64,000 bases of DNA from Chloroflexota bacterium (GCA_965198185.1 CBDAOU010000001.1:636310-700309); one strand, 5' to 3'. Positions 49,085 through 59,348 are shown, counted from the first letter of the stretch. Numbers and translations are program-made. The notes: generated from the sequence alone by a model not told the origin.

Positions 49085-51067
49085 ATGAGCGCCGTCGTCA
49101 CCGACACCCGCCGTACGCCCGGGGTCAGGGTTCAGCCGGTGCCCATCGAGGCGGTGCGGGTTGGGTCCGGGTTCTGGCGCGGCTGGCTTGACCGGCTCTA
49201 CGACGTCACGCTGCCTTCGCAGCACGCGCAGTGCGAAGCCACCGGCCGCCTCGACAACATCCGGCGCGTCTCGGGCCGCGTGGATGCGCCGTTTCGGGGG
49301 CGCTACTACGACGAGTCCGACGTCTACAAGTGGCTCGAGGCCGCCAGCTGGGCGCTGGCGGGGCGCGAGGATCGGCGGCTGCGGGCGCTGGTGGACGCGC
49401 TGGTCGATGACATTGCCGCCGCGCAGCAGCCGGACGGCTATCTCCATACCTATTTCGCGCTGGAGCGGGCCGACGAGCGCTACACCGACCTCATCAACAA
49501 GCACGAGCTGTACTGCGCCGGGCACCTGATCCAGGCGGGCATCGCCCACCGCCGTGCGACGGGTACGGAGGCGCTGCTGGACGTGGCGGTGCGGCTGGCC
49601 GATCACATCTGCGTCGAGTTCGGCCCCGAGGCCCGCGAAACGGCGGACGGGCATCCCGAGATCGAGCTGGCGCTGGTCGAGCTGGCGCGCGAAACCGGCG
49701 AGCGCGTCTACGCCGAGCGCGCTCGGTTCTTCTTGGACCAGCGGGGACGGCAGCCGCCGCGGCTGGGCGGATACCGCTATCTCCAGGACCACGAGCCGGC
49801 GGCCGAGCAACAGGAGATTGCGGGGCATGCGGTGCGGGCGGTCTACCTGGCGTGCGGCCTGGCCGACGCCGGCCTGGAACTCGAGGACCGCGCGCTGTGG
49901 GCGGCGTCCGAGCGGCTCTGGCGCAGCGCCTACGAGTCCAAGGTCTTCGTCACCGGCGGCCTGGGGGCGCACTACGCCGGCGAGTCGTTCGGCTCCGCGT
50001 TCGACCTCCCGAATCGCAACTCCTACGCCGAGTCGTGCGCGGCCGTGGCGGGGGTGATGTGGAACTGGCGCCTCCTCGCCGGCACGGGCGAGGCGCGCTA
50101 CGCCGACTGGATGGAGACCACGCTCTACAACGGCATGCTGGCGGGGCTGTCGCTGGACGGCGAGCACTACTTCTATCCCAACCCGCTCAGCGCGGCGGTG
50201 GGGCACGCCCGGGTGGCGTGGTTCGACTGCGCCTGCTGTCCGCCCAACCTGGCGCGCCTGCTCGCCAGCCTGCCCGGCTACCTCTACGGCGTGTCCGAGC
50301 GGGCGCTGTGGGTGCATCACTTCGCGGCGGGTCGGGTGGATGCGGACGTGCCGGGCGCGGGTCGTCTGTCGCTGGAGGTGGACACGGACTACCCATGGTC
50401 GGGCAATGTCCAGTTCTCCGTGCGCCAGGCGCCGGGCGGTCCGGTGGAACTGCGGCTGCGCGTGCCAGGTTGGTGTGACGGCGCCGGCCTTGAGCTGGTC
50501 CCAGCCGACCCCGCCGAGTCCGCCGCCGACCTCAACCGTCATTCCGGCGAAGGCCGGAATCCACCGAATATGTCCCCCGCGCCGACATCCGATGTCCGCT
50601 CCCTGGCCGCCGGCGACTACGCCACGCTGCGCCGCGTGTGGGCGACCGGCGACCAGGTCACCCTGCGGCTGCCCATGCCGCCGCGCCGCTTGGTCAGCGA
50701 CCCGCGGGTGACGGCCAACGTCGGCCGCGTGGCCCTGGCCCGTGGACCGCTGATCTACTGCGTCGAATCCCACGACCGCCCGGGACTGGAGCAGGACGCC
50801 TTCGCGCTGCCCGACGACGCAGCGGTCACCCCAGGATCCGCCGACGACCGTCTGCCGGGAATGACGCTGCTGGACACGACGGTCGTCCCGCTGCCCGGAA
50901 CGCCCCGGCGCGGCGCGCTCTATCAATCGGCTACGGGCGACGCCCAAGCGGCCGATGCTCCCACGGACCCGGTGGCCATCCGCGCCATTCCCTACTTCGC
51001 CTGGGCCAATCGAGGGCCGGGCACGATGGACGTGTGGCTGCGCCGGCAGGAGGCGGTTTCCGCTTAG
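49085..51067 (+). CDS. glycoside hydrolase family 127 (beta-L-arabinofuranosidase-like, DUF1680)
   Basis: GH127 core 'HELYCAGHLIQAG', Cys-rich 'WFDCACCPPNLARL' zinc site. Start at the Met of 'MSAVVTDTRRTPG' (49085). Confidence 0.85.
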   Translation: MSAVVTDTRRTPGVRVQPVPIEAVRVGSGFWRGWLDRLYDVTLPSQHAQCEATGRLDNIRRVSGRVDAPFRGRYYDESDVYKWLEAASWALAGREDRRLRALVDALVDDIAAAQQPDGYLHTYFALERADERYTDLINKHELYCAGHLIQAGIAHRRATGTEALLDVAVRLADHICVEFGPEARETADGHPEIELALVELARETGERVYAERARFFLDQRGRQPPRLGGYRYLQDHEPAAEQQEIAGHAVRAVYLACGLADAGLELEDRALWAASERLWRSAYESKVFVTGGLGAHYAGESFGSAFDLPNRNSYAESCAAVAGVMWNWRLLAGTGEARYADWMETTLYNGMLAGLSLDGEHYFYPNPLSAAVGHARVAWFDCACCPPNLARLLASLPGYLYGVSERALWVHHFAAGRVDADVPGAGRLSLEVDTDYPWSGNVQFSVRQAPGGPVELRLRVPGWCDGAGLELVPADPAESAADLNRHSGEGRNPPNMSPAPTSDVRSLAAGDYATLRRVWATGDQVTLRLPMPPRRLVSDPRVTANVGRVALARGPLIYCVESHDRPGLEQDAFALPDDAAVTPGSADDRLPGMTLLDTTVVPLPGTPRRGALYQSATGDAQAADAPTDPVAIRAIPYFAWANRGPGTMDVWLRRQEAVSA

Positions 51068-53322
51068 GGACCGGCCGCGGCGTCTGGACGGCAGCACCGA
51101 GGGACTGGTATTTCACGTGATCCCTTGGGCCGGAGGTCTGCCGCCAGCAGCAGCGCCATGCCCATGGCCGCCAGCGCGCCAGTGAGGGTTTGATAGGCCG
51201 CGCCGGCGGAATCGCCGTGGAGGTCGAAGGGGGCGTACCAGGCGAACAGCTCGCGGCGGAAGCTCAGGTAATCCAAGTCGCCGCGGGGCAGGTCGAGGGG
51301 ATGGGCCCAGAGTTGGGGCGCGTTGACGTAGATATCAGCGGGCAGGAGACTGCCGCCCCGGTCGTGCGCGTAGGCCTCGGGTGTGCCGAGCACATAGAGG
51401 CTGCCGGCGGTCAGATAGACAACTAGGGCGAGCCCGGCCGCGGCGGCGATGGTGCGCGCGGCCGCGCCCCGTTGCGCCGCCAGAGCACCCAGCGCCGTCG
51501 CGCCAAGCGCGGCCAGCACCGCCATGATCGGAGCCGGATAGGCGATGTGGCGCACGAACTCCTGGGCGTCGTGGGGGCGAACGGTGTAGGAGTCGATGCC
51601 GAGGGTCACGACCACGTTGACGCCCGCCGCCAGCGGCAACACGGCAAAGGCCCAGTGGCGGCGGGTGCCCGCAACGGCGCCGATCGCGGCGAGAGCGAGG
51701 AGGACGGCGATGAGGAGGGGGAAGCGAACGTCTTCAAGGAGTACATCACGGGAGATCTCATGCCAGGTCGTGCCGCCCACGAGGCCGGCATGGTCGGCAA
51801 TCCTGTTGAGGGCGAACTCGCGCGCGGCAGTGGGCCACGGGCGGCCGAGTTGCACCTGACTAAATAGCGCCAGCGGAGTCAGCAGGGCGGCCGCCATCAG
51901 CGCGCCGGCAACGGTCCAGCGCGAGCGGATGCCGACGAGTGCGCCGAGAACGAGCAGGCCGCCATAGAGCAGGCCCTCGGGCCGGGTACCGGCGAGCACG
52001 GCTGCGAGCACACCGAGCACCGGCAGGGATGCCCGCGGGTGGGGGGTCCGCAGCACGTGTGCGAATACCCACACCGCGCCCGCCAGCCAGGCGATGAACA
52101 CCGGATCGGGCTCGGCGGAGCCCAGGCTTGCAATTTGGACCGGTGGCAGCAGCACCAACCCGACGGCGGCGGCGAAGGCCGCGGCACGCGCGGCGCCGGC
52201 GGCCAGCGCAGCGCGATAGATCAGCCACGGCAGCAACACGTTGGCCAGGAAGAGGGGGGCCAAGGCCGCAGGATAGGTGTAGCCCAGGACCGTGAAGGCC
52301 GCCAGCTGCAGCAGCGGCAGGCCGGGCAGGCTGAGCCAGTCTCCCCAGATGGGATAGCGTGCCTGGCCCAGGGCGTAGGCCGTGCTCCAGAAGTGGCCGA
52401 GGTCATCCATGGTCACGGCGATATAGGACGCGGCCTGCAGGCCGCCGATCAGCAGCAGCGACAGCGTGGCCGCGGGCGCTGCCAGGCGTCGCAGGGTCAG
52501 GCGCCAGCCCTCCCAAAGCCGGCTGGGTGCGGCGCGCTCGCCCCACCAGACGGTGGCAGCGGTCAGCGCCAGCCCAACGGCGAGCGTCACCGCCAGCACC
52601 TGTGCGCCGGCGGAGGTGGCCAGCTCGTGCCGGGGCGCCGCCGGGACGGCGGTGATGACCGCCATGACCCACGCGGCGGCGAAGGGCAGCGTCCGCCAGG
52701 CCACTCCTTGCGACGTGCGCGCCGCCGGCTGCGGGGGCAGCCGTGCCAATCCTCCGGTCACCGCCGCCCCGAGCACCCAGCCGATCAGCGCCCACGGTGG
52801 CTCGAAACTGGAAGAATCAACCACGGCCACTTGCAGCAACGCCGCAATCGCCACGCCGGCGGCCCCGCCGTAGGCCAGATCAACGCTCGCGCTGGAACCG
52901 CCGGCCCGCTGAGCGGTCAGCACAATGCTCAGCGGCAGCACGGCGACCAGCACCCAGTTCAGCGCGCTCAGCTTCATCATCAGATGGACTAGGTCCGGGC
53001 TGAAATGCATCGCGGCGGCGACGCCGATCAGAGGCAGGGCGAACAGAGGGGTGACGGCGGGCGACCGGCGCCAAGCGACGACGGCGGCCAGCGCCGCCAG
53101 CACCGCGCCGGTCGCCAACACGTCCCAGGACGCGCGGAGGCCGGCCCCGATCGGCCCGCCCACGAGGAGCGCGCCGAGCAGGCCGTGCCCGGCGGCACTG
53201 AGCACGACGAGGCTTGCGGCTACCGGCGGCCTCCAGGTACGCCGCGTGAGGTTCTGGGTGATTCCGAAGTGGGCGTCGCCGTCAGGAGCGCTTGGGATCG
53301 CTTCGCCTGGTGAAGCGGACAA
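51064..53322 (-). CDS. large polytopic membrane protein (752 aa), putative GT-C-type glycosyltransferase
   Basis: More than 14 predicted TM helices, Ala/Leu-rich. Sits next to two GT2 polyprenol-phosphate glycosyltransferases and GH127. Confidence 0.55.
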   Translation of the reverse strand: MSASPGEAIPSAPDGDAHFGITQNLTRRTWRPPVAASLVVLSAAGHGLLGALLVGGPIGAGLRASWDVLATGAVLAALAAVVAWRRSPAVTPLFALPLIGVAAAMHFSPDLVHLMMKLSALNWVLVAVLPLSIVLTAQRAGGSSASVDLAYGGAAGVAIAALLQVAVVDSSSFEPPWALIGWVLGAAVTGGLARLPPQPAARTSQGVAWRTLPFAAAWVMAVITAVPAAPRHELATSAGAQVLAVTLAVGLALTAATVWWGERAAPSRLWEGWRLTLRRLAAPAATLSLLLIGGLQAASYIAVTMDDLGHFWSTAYALGQARYPIWGDWLSLPGLPLLQLAAFTVLGYTYPAALAPLFLANVLLPWLIYRAALAAGAARAAAFAAAVGLVLLPPVQIASLGSAEPDPVFIAWLAGAVWVFAHVLRTPHPRASLPVLGVLAAVLAGTRPEGLLYGGLLVLGALVGIRSRWTVAGALMAAALLTPLALFSQVQLGRPWPTAAREFALNRIADHAGLVGGTTWHEISRDVLLEDVRFPLLIAVLLALAAIGAVAGTRRHWAFAVLPLAAGVNVVVTLGIDSYTVRPHDAQEFVRHIAYPAPIMAVLAALGATALGALAAQRGAAARTIAAAAGLALVVYLTAGSLYVLGTPEAYAHDRGGSLLPADIYVNAPQLWAHPLDLPRGDLDYLSFRRELFAWYAPFDLHGDSAGAAYQTLTGALAAMGMALLLAADLRPKGSREIPVPRCCRPDAAAGP

Positions 53323-53508
53323 GCTAGTCGCTGTCGCGCGCGACGCGGCCGCCGCGCAGGTTCACGATCTCCGCCATGATGGCCAGCGCGATCTCGGCCG
53401 GTGTGCGGCGGCCGGAATCCAGGCCGATCGGGGCGTAGACGCGGCGGAACTTGTCGGGCGACGACCCGCGTTCAGCGGTCGCATCGGCGGCGCGCAGCCT
53501 TGCGACAG

Positions 53509-54669
53509 TCAGTCGGGGGCGGCGCCGAGGAACGCGATGAAGGCCAGATGCACGCCACTGATGATGAGCGCCTGGGCCAGGGCGGCGAGTTGGGCGCCGG
53601 CCGTGGAGGCGGCGCCGCCAACCCACTGGACGAAGATGAACACGTCGATGCCGACCCCGCCGAGAACCGCGAGGGTGGCCAGCGCCAGGGCGGTTTCCAG
53701 GTGCACAAGCGGATAGATGCGCGCCAGCCAGCGCGAGGGCCGCGCCAAGCCGGTCTGGACCAGACGGCGGTGCGCCACCAGACCGAAGGCGAGGCCGCTG
53801 ACGCCCAACACCCAGAAGATCGGCCCGGCGAACACAGGTTGCCACCGCAGGCCGCCGATGTCCGCGCTCGAGGCGGTGAAGCCGAGCACGAAGGTCAGGC
53901 TGCCCAGCGTGAGGAGGATCGCGCTGGGCAGCACGTACAGCAACGCGGGCGTCAGCAGCAGGATCAGTCGCAGATGGCGCCAACCGTCGCGCAGAGTCCG
54001 CAGCTTGCTCTCCCCCTCGCGGGGACCATAGGACGTCGGGATTTCGGCGATGCGCAGACCTTGGATGGCAGCCTTGGCGATCATCTCGGAGGCCAGCTCC
54101 ATACCGCTGGACCGCAGACGCAGCCGGTCGATGGCTGGGCGGGTCAACGCGCGGAGGCCGCTTTGGCTGTCGCGAATGTGGACACCGTAGGTGCGCCGCA
54201 ACACCCAACTGATGAGCGGGGTGCCAATGCGACGATGCAGCCAGGGCATGGCGCCCGGCTGCACGCCGGCCAGGCGATTGCCTAGGGCCAGGTCGAAGCC
54301 GTCCTACAGCGGCGTCACGAGCGCCGCCAGGCTCGCAAGGTCGTAGGTGTCGTCCGCATCCGCCATCACAATGAACCGGCCGCGAGCCTCCGTAAAGCCG
54401 CGCCGCAACGCCGCGCCATAGCCGGGGCAGGCTTCGCGCACCACTCGTGCCCCCGCCGCTTCGGCGAGCGCCGCTGAGTCGTCCGTCGAGCCGTTGTCGA
54501 CGACCAGCACCTCCCCAGGCAACCCCGTGCGCGCGACGCCCAGATGCGCTGCCCGCACGGACGCGGCCACCGTCTGGGCTTCATTCAGGCAGGGAAGGAT
54601 GACCGAGATCGCTGGGGCAAGGGTGTCGACCGTGACCTTCTGGCGAGGCGACGAGGGCATTGGGGGCAC
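53509..54669 (-). pseudogene. GT2 polyprenol-phosphate glycosyltransferase (GtrB/Ppm1-like with a C-terminal TM domain), interrupted by an in-frame TAG
   Basis: N-terminal ORF 54304..54669 ('ISVILPCLNEAQT...VVDNGSTDDS...MADADDTYD') and C-terminal ORF 53509..54264 share one frame: '...LVTPL*DGFDLALGNRLAGVQPGAMPWLHRR...'. A single amber codon sits at 54304-54306. Confidence 0.7.
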
Positions 54670-54779
54670 GTCTGTGAGTTCCGCACCGTGCGGCTACCTG
54701 AGGTGCCCCGATGGTAGTGGATTGCTGAGCCCGCAGCGCAAGCGGCGTCTGGCTATGACAGCCGGCGGCGCGCGGTGGC

Positions 54780-55544
54780 ATGCTGCGGCGGATGTCGCTG
54801 TCCAGTCCCCCGCACGTCTGCTTCGTTGTTCCCACCTACAACGAGGCAGCCAACATCACACCGCTGCTGGAGCGGGTGACCGGGCTGTACCCCAGCGGCG
54901 ACACGGCGGTTCTGATTGTGGACGACCGCAGCCCCGACGGCACGGGGGACTTGGTGCGGGCCTTCGCTACCGGCGATCGGCGCGTGCATCTGCTTGAGGG
55001 TCCCCGGTGCGGCCTGGGCCGCGCCTACGTGCGCGGCATCCGGCACGCCCTTGATGAGCTGGGGGCCGAGGTGATCGTGCAGATGGACGCCGATTTCTCG
55101 CATGATCCCGCCGACGCGCGCCGGCTGCTGGATCGTCTCGGTGCCGGTGCCGACGTGGTGATCGGGAGCCGCTATGTCGCCGGCGGCGGCATCGACAACC
55201 GCTGGAGCCTGCGCCGCCGGCTGCTGTCGGGATGGGGCAACCAACTGACGCGCTGGGTCGCGGGCTTGCGACGCGTGCGGGACTGTACGGCGGGATTCAA
55301 GGCCATCAGCGCCAACGCGCTGCGCGCAGCCGACATCGACGGCATCACGGCGCGGGGGCAGGCCTTCCAGGTCGTGTTGCTGCACCGCCTGACCCGTGGC
55401 GGCGCGCGCGTCGTGGAGGAGCCAATCTTCTTCCGCGAGCGCGATCGCGGGCGGACCAAGCTGGGCTGGCGGGACATCGTGGAGTGTCTGCTCGTCATAT
55501 GGCGGCTGCGACTCACCGACCTTCTCCGGTCGCGCCAGACGTGA
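54780..55544 (+). CDS. GT2 polyprenol monophosphomannose synthase-like glycosyltransferase
   Basis: 'FVVPTYNEAANI', 'IVDDRSPDGT', 'MDADFSHDP', 'VIGSRY' are dolichol-P-mannose synthase-type motifs. Confidence 0.85.
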   Translation: MLRRMSLSSPPHVCFVVPTYNEAANITPLLERVTGLYPSGDTAVLIVDDRSPDGTGDLVRAFATGDRRVHLLEGPRCGLGRAYVRGIRHALDELGAEVIVQMDADFSHDPADARRLLDRLGAGADVVIGSRYVAGGGIDNRWSLRRRLLSGWGNQLTRWVAGLRRVRDCTAGFKAISANALRAADIDGITARGQAFQVVLLHRLTRGGARVVEEPIFFRERDRGRTKLGWRDIVECLLVIWRLRLTDLLRSRQT

Positions 55545-55625
55545 GCGACGCGCTCAGTAGCTAGCACCCCGCAGGGTGAGCGCGCATTGCCATGGAGGCC
55601 CGTTGGTTTACTGATCAGTTGTTGA

Positions 55626-55639
55626 CGTTACATTTGTAA
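55626..55639. promoter_or_regulatory. perfect palindrome GTTACAtttGTAAC overlapping a TTGACG -35-like hexamer, upstream of the phage-like module
   Basis: AT-rich 60-bp stretch 'tttactgatcagttgttgacgttacatttgtaacgatctaggattagg' in otherwise GC-rich DNA. Also contains a TGATCA palindrome. Confidence 0.45.
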
Positions 55640-55711
55640 CGATCTAGGATTAGGGCTGTAGCACGCAGGCGCCTGCCTCGCTCGGCGCGCCAATGACACC
55701 AGGAGGCCCTC

Positions 55712-57400
55712 TTGCCCGAGTCCCGTCCCGACGCGTTGCCCCCACCGTCCGAGTCCTATGTGCAAGAGCTGGAGCAGCATCTGCTCACCGAGTTCGGCGG
55801 CCGCAACGCGCGCATTGAGCGCTTGCGACGGCTGCGGTTCATGGAGGAGCCGGTCGACATTCCGGCGGCCTATCGGGCCACGACGCGCGAGGTGCGGACG
55901 CCGCTGGCCCGGGAGCAGCTCAAGCGGGTCGTGGGCAGCCTGACCGCCAACCACCCGACCATCAGCGTGCCGCCGGCCGATCAGACGTCGGAGAGCCGAG
56001 CCAACGCCTCGCGTCGCGAGCGTTGGACGGCCGCCGCCCTGCGGCGCATGAAGAACGACGCCGAGCGCGACATCTTCGGCATGTTCGTGGACGCGCTGGT
56101 GGCCGACGGCACAGGGGTGATGAAGCTGGTCTACGTCCCCGAGCGCTGGGCGGGGTATCCGAGCCGCGGCGACGCCGGGCCGGAGACCGACGCCGCGTTC
56201 AACGAGCGGTCGACTCGCTTCAAGCGCGCCGCGCCGTTCCCGCTGGCGTGGCGCGACGTGGACGTGCTGACCTTCTATCCCCTGATCGGCGACGACGGGA
56301 TCGAGGCCTGCCTGGAGATCGCCGAGCGGCCCAAGTGGCTCATGATGCGGCGCTACGGCCTCGTCGAGGACCGACGCACCGGTCGCCTGGCGCCCGCGGG
56401 CCGCGCGTCGGCGGCGGAGGGTCCGGCAGCCGCCGGCGGCACCGTGCGCGTGGTCGAATACTGGGACCGCGAGCATTTCGCCTACCTGGTGGACGGCCAT
56501 CTGGTGCGGCGCGGCCGCCACGCCTACGGCGCGGTGCCTTATGTGATGGCGCACGGCAACCAGTCGCCCAGCCGCGACCCGGCCAAGGCCGGCGAGTCGA
56601 TGCTGGCGTCGGTCGAATACCTGGTGCCGCTGCTCGACCGGCTGCTGACCATGAAGCAGAACGCGGTGCACCTCTACGCCTACCCGACGCCCAAGCTCAC
56701 CGGCTTTGCGGGCGGCGACGGCGCCCTCGGCGAGGACGGCCGCCCGCCGCCGATCGAGTTCCGGCCGGGCGAGATTCTGCCGTTGTTCCCCGGTGAGGAT
56801 CTGAGCTTGCTGCAGTGGTCGGGCACGCCACCCGATCTGGACGAGCTCATCGCCCTTACGCGCTCGATGATCGATCAGGCCGGCGTACCCACGGTGCTCT
56901 TCGGCATCGCGCCCGGCGGCAACACGAGCGGGTACTACCTGAACCAGCTGATCAACGCGGCGCGCTTGTCGTTCAACCAGATCACGCGGCACGCCGAGCA
57001 GGCGCTGGAGCGCATCGTGCAGCTGGCCTGGCGTCTGGTCGAACACCGGGTGCGCGAAACGGTGTATGTCTACGGCGACGACGACGCCGCGTGGCTGGGC
57101 CTGTCGCCGCGCGACATCAGCGGCTACTACGCCGTGCGCGCCAAGCTGGAGGCCCTGGCCCCGGCGGATGAGATCGCCCAAGGCACCTATGCCGCGAACC
57201 TGGTGGCGGCCAAGCTGGCGTCCCGGCGCTGGGCCATGCAGGAGAAGCTGGGCATCGCCAACGCGGCGGAGATGCAGGCGGAGATCATGCGCGAGGAGAT
57301 GCTTGACGATCCGGAGGTCCGGCGCGCCCTATGGCGCCGCGAGGGCGCCGTATCCGCGGCGGCTGACGCCGACCGCGCGGCCCCGGCGGACGGATCGTGA
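55712..57400 (+). CDS. phage-related protein, possibly portal (562 aa)
   Basis: Large acidic protein immediately upstream of a small ORF and a large terminase. No signature I can name with certainty. Confidence 0.4.
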   Translation: MPESRPDALPPPSESYVQELEQHLLTEFGGRNARIERLRRLRFMEEPVDIPAAYRATTREVRTPLAREQLKRVVGSLTANHPTISVPPADQTSESRANASRRERWTAAALRRMKNDAERDIFGMFVDALVADGTGVMKLVYVPERWAGYPSRGDAGPETDAAFNERSTRFKRAAPFPLAWRDVDVLTFYPLIGDDGIEACLEIAERPKWLMMRRYGLVEDRRTGRLAPAGRASAAEGPAAAGGTVRVVEYWDREHFAYLVDGHLVRRGRHAYGAVPYVMAHGNQSPSRDPAKAGESMLASVEYLVPLLDRLLTMKQNAVHLYAYPTPKLTGFAGGDGALGEDGRPPPIEFRPGEILPLFPGEDLSLLQWSGTPPDLDELIALTRSMIDQAGVPTVLFGIAPGGNTSGYYLNQLINAARLSFNQITRHAEQALERIVQLAWRLVEHRVRETVYVYGDDDAAWLGLSPRDISGYYAVRAKLEALAPADEIAQGTYAANLVAAKLASRRWAMQEKLGIANAAEMQAEIMREEMLDDPEVRRALWRREGAVSAAADADRAAPADGS

Positions 57401-57633
57401 CGGCGGCAAAGCGACGGCCGTCGCCCCACGAGCTTCCCGCGCGATTTCGCACGCTGGCCGAGGAGCACACGGACGAGATCTGTGCGGCTGTCATCGACCG
57501 CGCGCGCAAGGGCGAGCGCTGGGCGACCGAGCTGGTGATGCAATACGCCTTCGACCGCTCAGCCGCAGCCTCCGAGGACGCGCTCGTGACTCTGCTGGAG
57601 GACATCCGCGCCCGCCTTGCGCACAGCGCGTGA
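57397..57633 (+). CDS. small hypothetical protein (78 aa), possibly a small-terminase/DNA-binding component
   Basis: Overlaps the upstream gene stop (ATGA) and the terL start. Basic N-terminus. Confidence 0.35.
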   Translation: MTAAKRRPSPHELPARFRTLAEEHTDEICAAVIDRARKGERWATELVMQYAFDRSAAASEDALVTLLEDIRARLAHSA

Positions 57634-58909
57634 GGCGCTGTGGCGGCGCGTGGGCTACGCGCCGAGCCCCGAGCAGCGGCGGGCGCATGACTCGCCCGCG
57701 CGCATTCGCCTGATCGCCGGCGGGGAACGTGCCGGCAAGAGCCGCAGCGCCGCCATGGAGCTGTTCGGCCGCTGCCTTGAAGGCCGGCTCTACTGGCTGG
57801 TCGGCCCGGACTATGAGCTCTGCCGGCCCGAGTTCCGTTATTTGGCGGAGGCGTTTGGGGCCATCGGCGCCGTCGAGAGCCTGAGCTTCCCGTCGTCGGA
57901 GCAGTGTCGCCTGACGTTGCGCACCGGGGCGCGGATCGTGACCAAGTCGGCCCGCGATCCGGCGCGGCTGGCCGGCGAGGCGCCCGACGGAATTCTGGGC
58001 TGCGAGGCAGCCCAGTTGCCCTATGAGGTCTACCTGCGCCTGAGAGGCCGCGTGGCGGAGCGCCGCGGCTGGCTCTGGCTGAGCGGCACGTTCGAGGGCT
58101 CGCGCGGCTGGTACGCGGACCACTTCAGCGCCTGGCAGGTGGTGAACGCCGACGGCGCGGCGGCGTTCTCGATTCCGACCTGGTCCAACCGCACACTGTT
58201 TCCGGGCGGGCGCGCCGACGCCGAGATCGAGGCGCTCGAAGCGACCTATCCAGCGTCGGTGTTTCGGGAACGATTCGGCGGCGTGCCCTGCCCGCCCGCG
58301 ACCCTGGTGTTTCCTGAATTCGAGCCGGCGCGCCACGTGGCCGCCGTCGATCCGGCTGCCGTCGAGACCGTGGAGCTCGCGATCGACCCGGGATATGCCG
58401 GCGCCTATGCCGTGCTCGCGGTGACCGAGGCCGCCGGCGAAGTGCGGGTGATCGACGAGGTCTACCACCGCCGCATGGTGGCCGCGGAGATCATCGCGGA
58501 ATGCCGGCGACGCTGGTGGTGGCCGCGGGTGAGCGGCGGGGTGATCGACGTCGCCGGTCGCCAGCACCACGCCAGCGCCAGCCAGGTCGAAATCTGGCAG
58601 GCCCTAGCTGGGCTGCGCCTGCGGTCCCGCCCGGTGCGGGTCCAGGACGGCATCGATCGCCTGCGCACCTTCCTCCGCGACCCGGCCAGCGGGGAGCCGC
58701 GACTCACCCTGGCGCCGGCCTGCCGCGCGCTCATGCAGGAATTTGGAAGCTATCGCTACCACGAGATGCGGGACGACCGCCCAATCTCGGAGCTGCCCAT
58801 CGACCGCGATAACCATGCCATCAAGGCGCTGGCCTACTGGCTCTATGACCGCTTTGGGCCCGTTGCACGGCCGGCGCGGGCGTACCGGTCGTTCGCTCTG
58901 GTGGGCTAA
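57617..58909 (+). CDS. terL: phage terminase large subunit
   Basis: Walker A 'GGERAGKS', Walker B-like 'LWLSGT', RNase-H-like nuclease motifs 'IDPGYAGAYAV' and 'DRDNHAIKALAYWL'. Confidence 0.75.
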   Translation: MRTAREALWRRVGYAPSPEQRRAHDSPARIRLIAGGERAGKSRSAAMELFGRCLEGRLYWLVGPDYELCRPEFRYLAEAFGAIGAVESLSFPSSEQCRLTLRTGARIVTKSARDPARLAGEAPDGILGCEAAQLPYEVYLRLRGRVAERRGWLWLSGTFEGSRGWYADHFSAWQVVNADGAAAFSIPTWSNRTLFPGGRADAEIEALEATYPASVFRERFGGVPCPPATLVFPEFEPARHVAAVDPAAVETVELAIDPGYAGAYAVLAVTEAAGEVRVIDEVYHRRMVAAEIIAECRRRWWWPRVSGGVIDVAGRQHHASASQVEIWQALAGLRLRSRPVRVQDGIDRLRTFLRDPASGEPRLTLAPACRALMQEFGSYRYHEMRDDRPISELPIDRDNHAIKALAYWLYDRFGPVARPARAYRSFALVG

Positions 58910-58991
58910 CGGTCGCTATCGACGCGACGACCGCCGCGTCGATAGCCCTTGCTACCATTCAACGCCGGGGTGCGCCGCAGCGAGGGTCGGG

Positions 58992-59348
58992 ATGGCGAAG
59001 AACCCGCGTCAGCCGAACGAGCTCTCGCTGAAGCTCGAATGGTCGGGATTCGAGGACCAGCCGGTGCACTTCGTGAACCGGTTTGCCGTCCAGCACGACG
59101 CGCAGGCGAACGAGTTCTATCTCAACGTCGGCGCCGTGTCGCCGCCACTGATCATGGGGTCCGACGCGGACCGTATCGCCACAGCCGCCAAGCTGCAGGA
59201 GCGCGGCACGATTCCGGTGCATCCGGTGGCCCGCCTGGCACTGACCCCGGAGCGCGTCCTTGAGTTGATCAAGGCGTTGCAGACGAATTACCGGAACTAT
59301 CAAGAGGCCTTGGCGCGCCGCCAAGCAGACGCCGACGCCGGCGACTGA
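58992..59348 (+). CDS. hypothetical protein (118 aa)
   Basis: Starts at 'MAKNPRQPNELSLKLEW' within the longer ORF 58743..59348. Unknown function, follows terL. Confidence 0.4.
   Translation: MAKNPRQPNELSLKLEWSGFEDQPVHFVNRFAVQHDAQANEFYLNVGAVSPPLIMGSDADRIATAAKLQERGTIPVHPVARLALTPERVLELIKALQTNYRNYQEALARRQADADAGD

Noticed and set aside
49049-51097. 682-aa minus-strand ORF
   Set aside because: Antisense of the GH127 gene.
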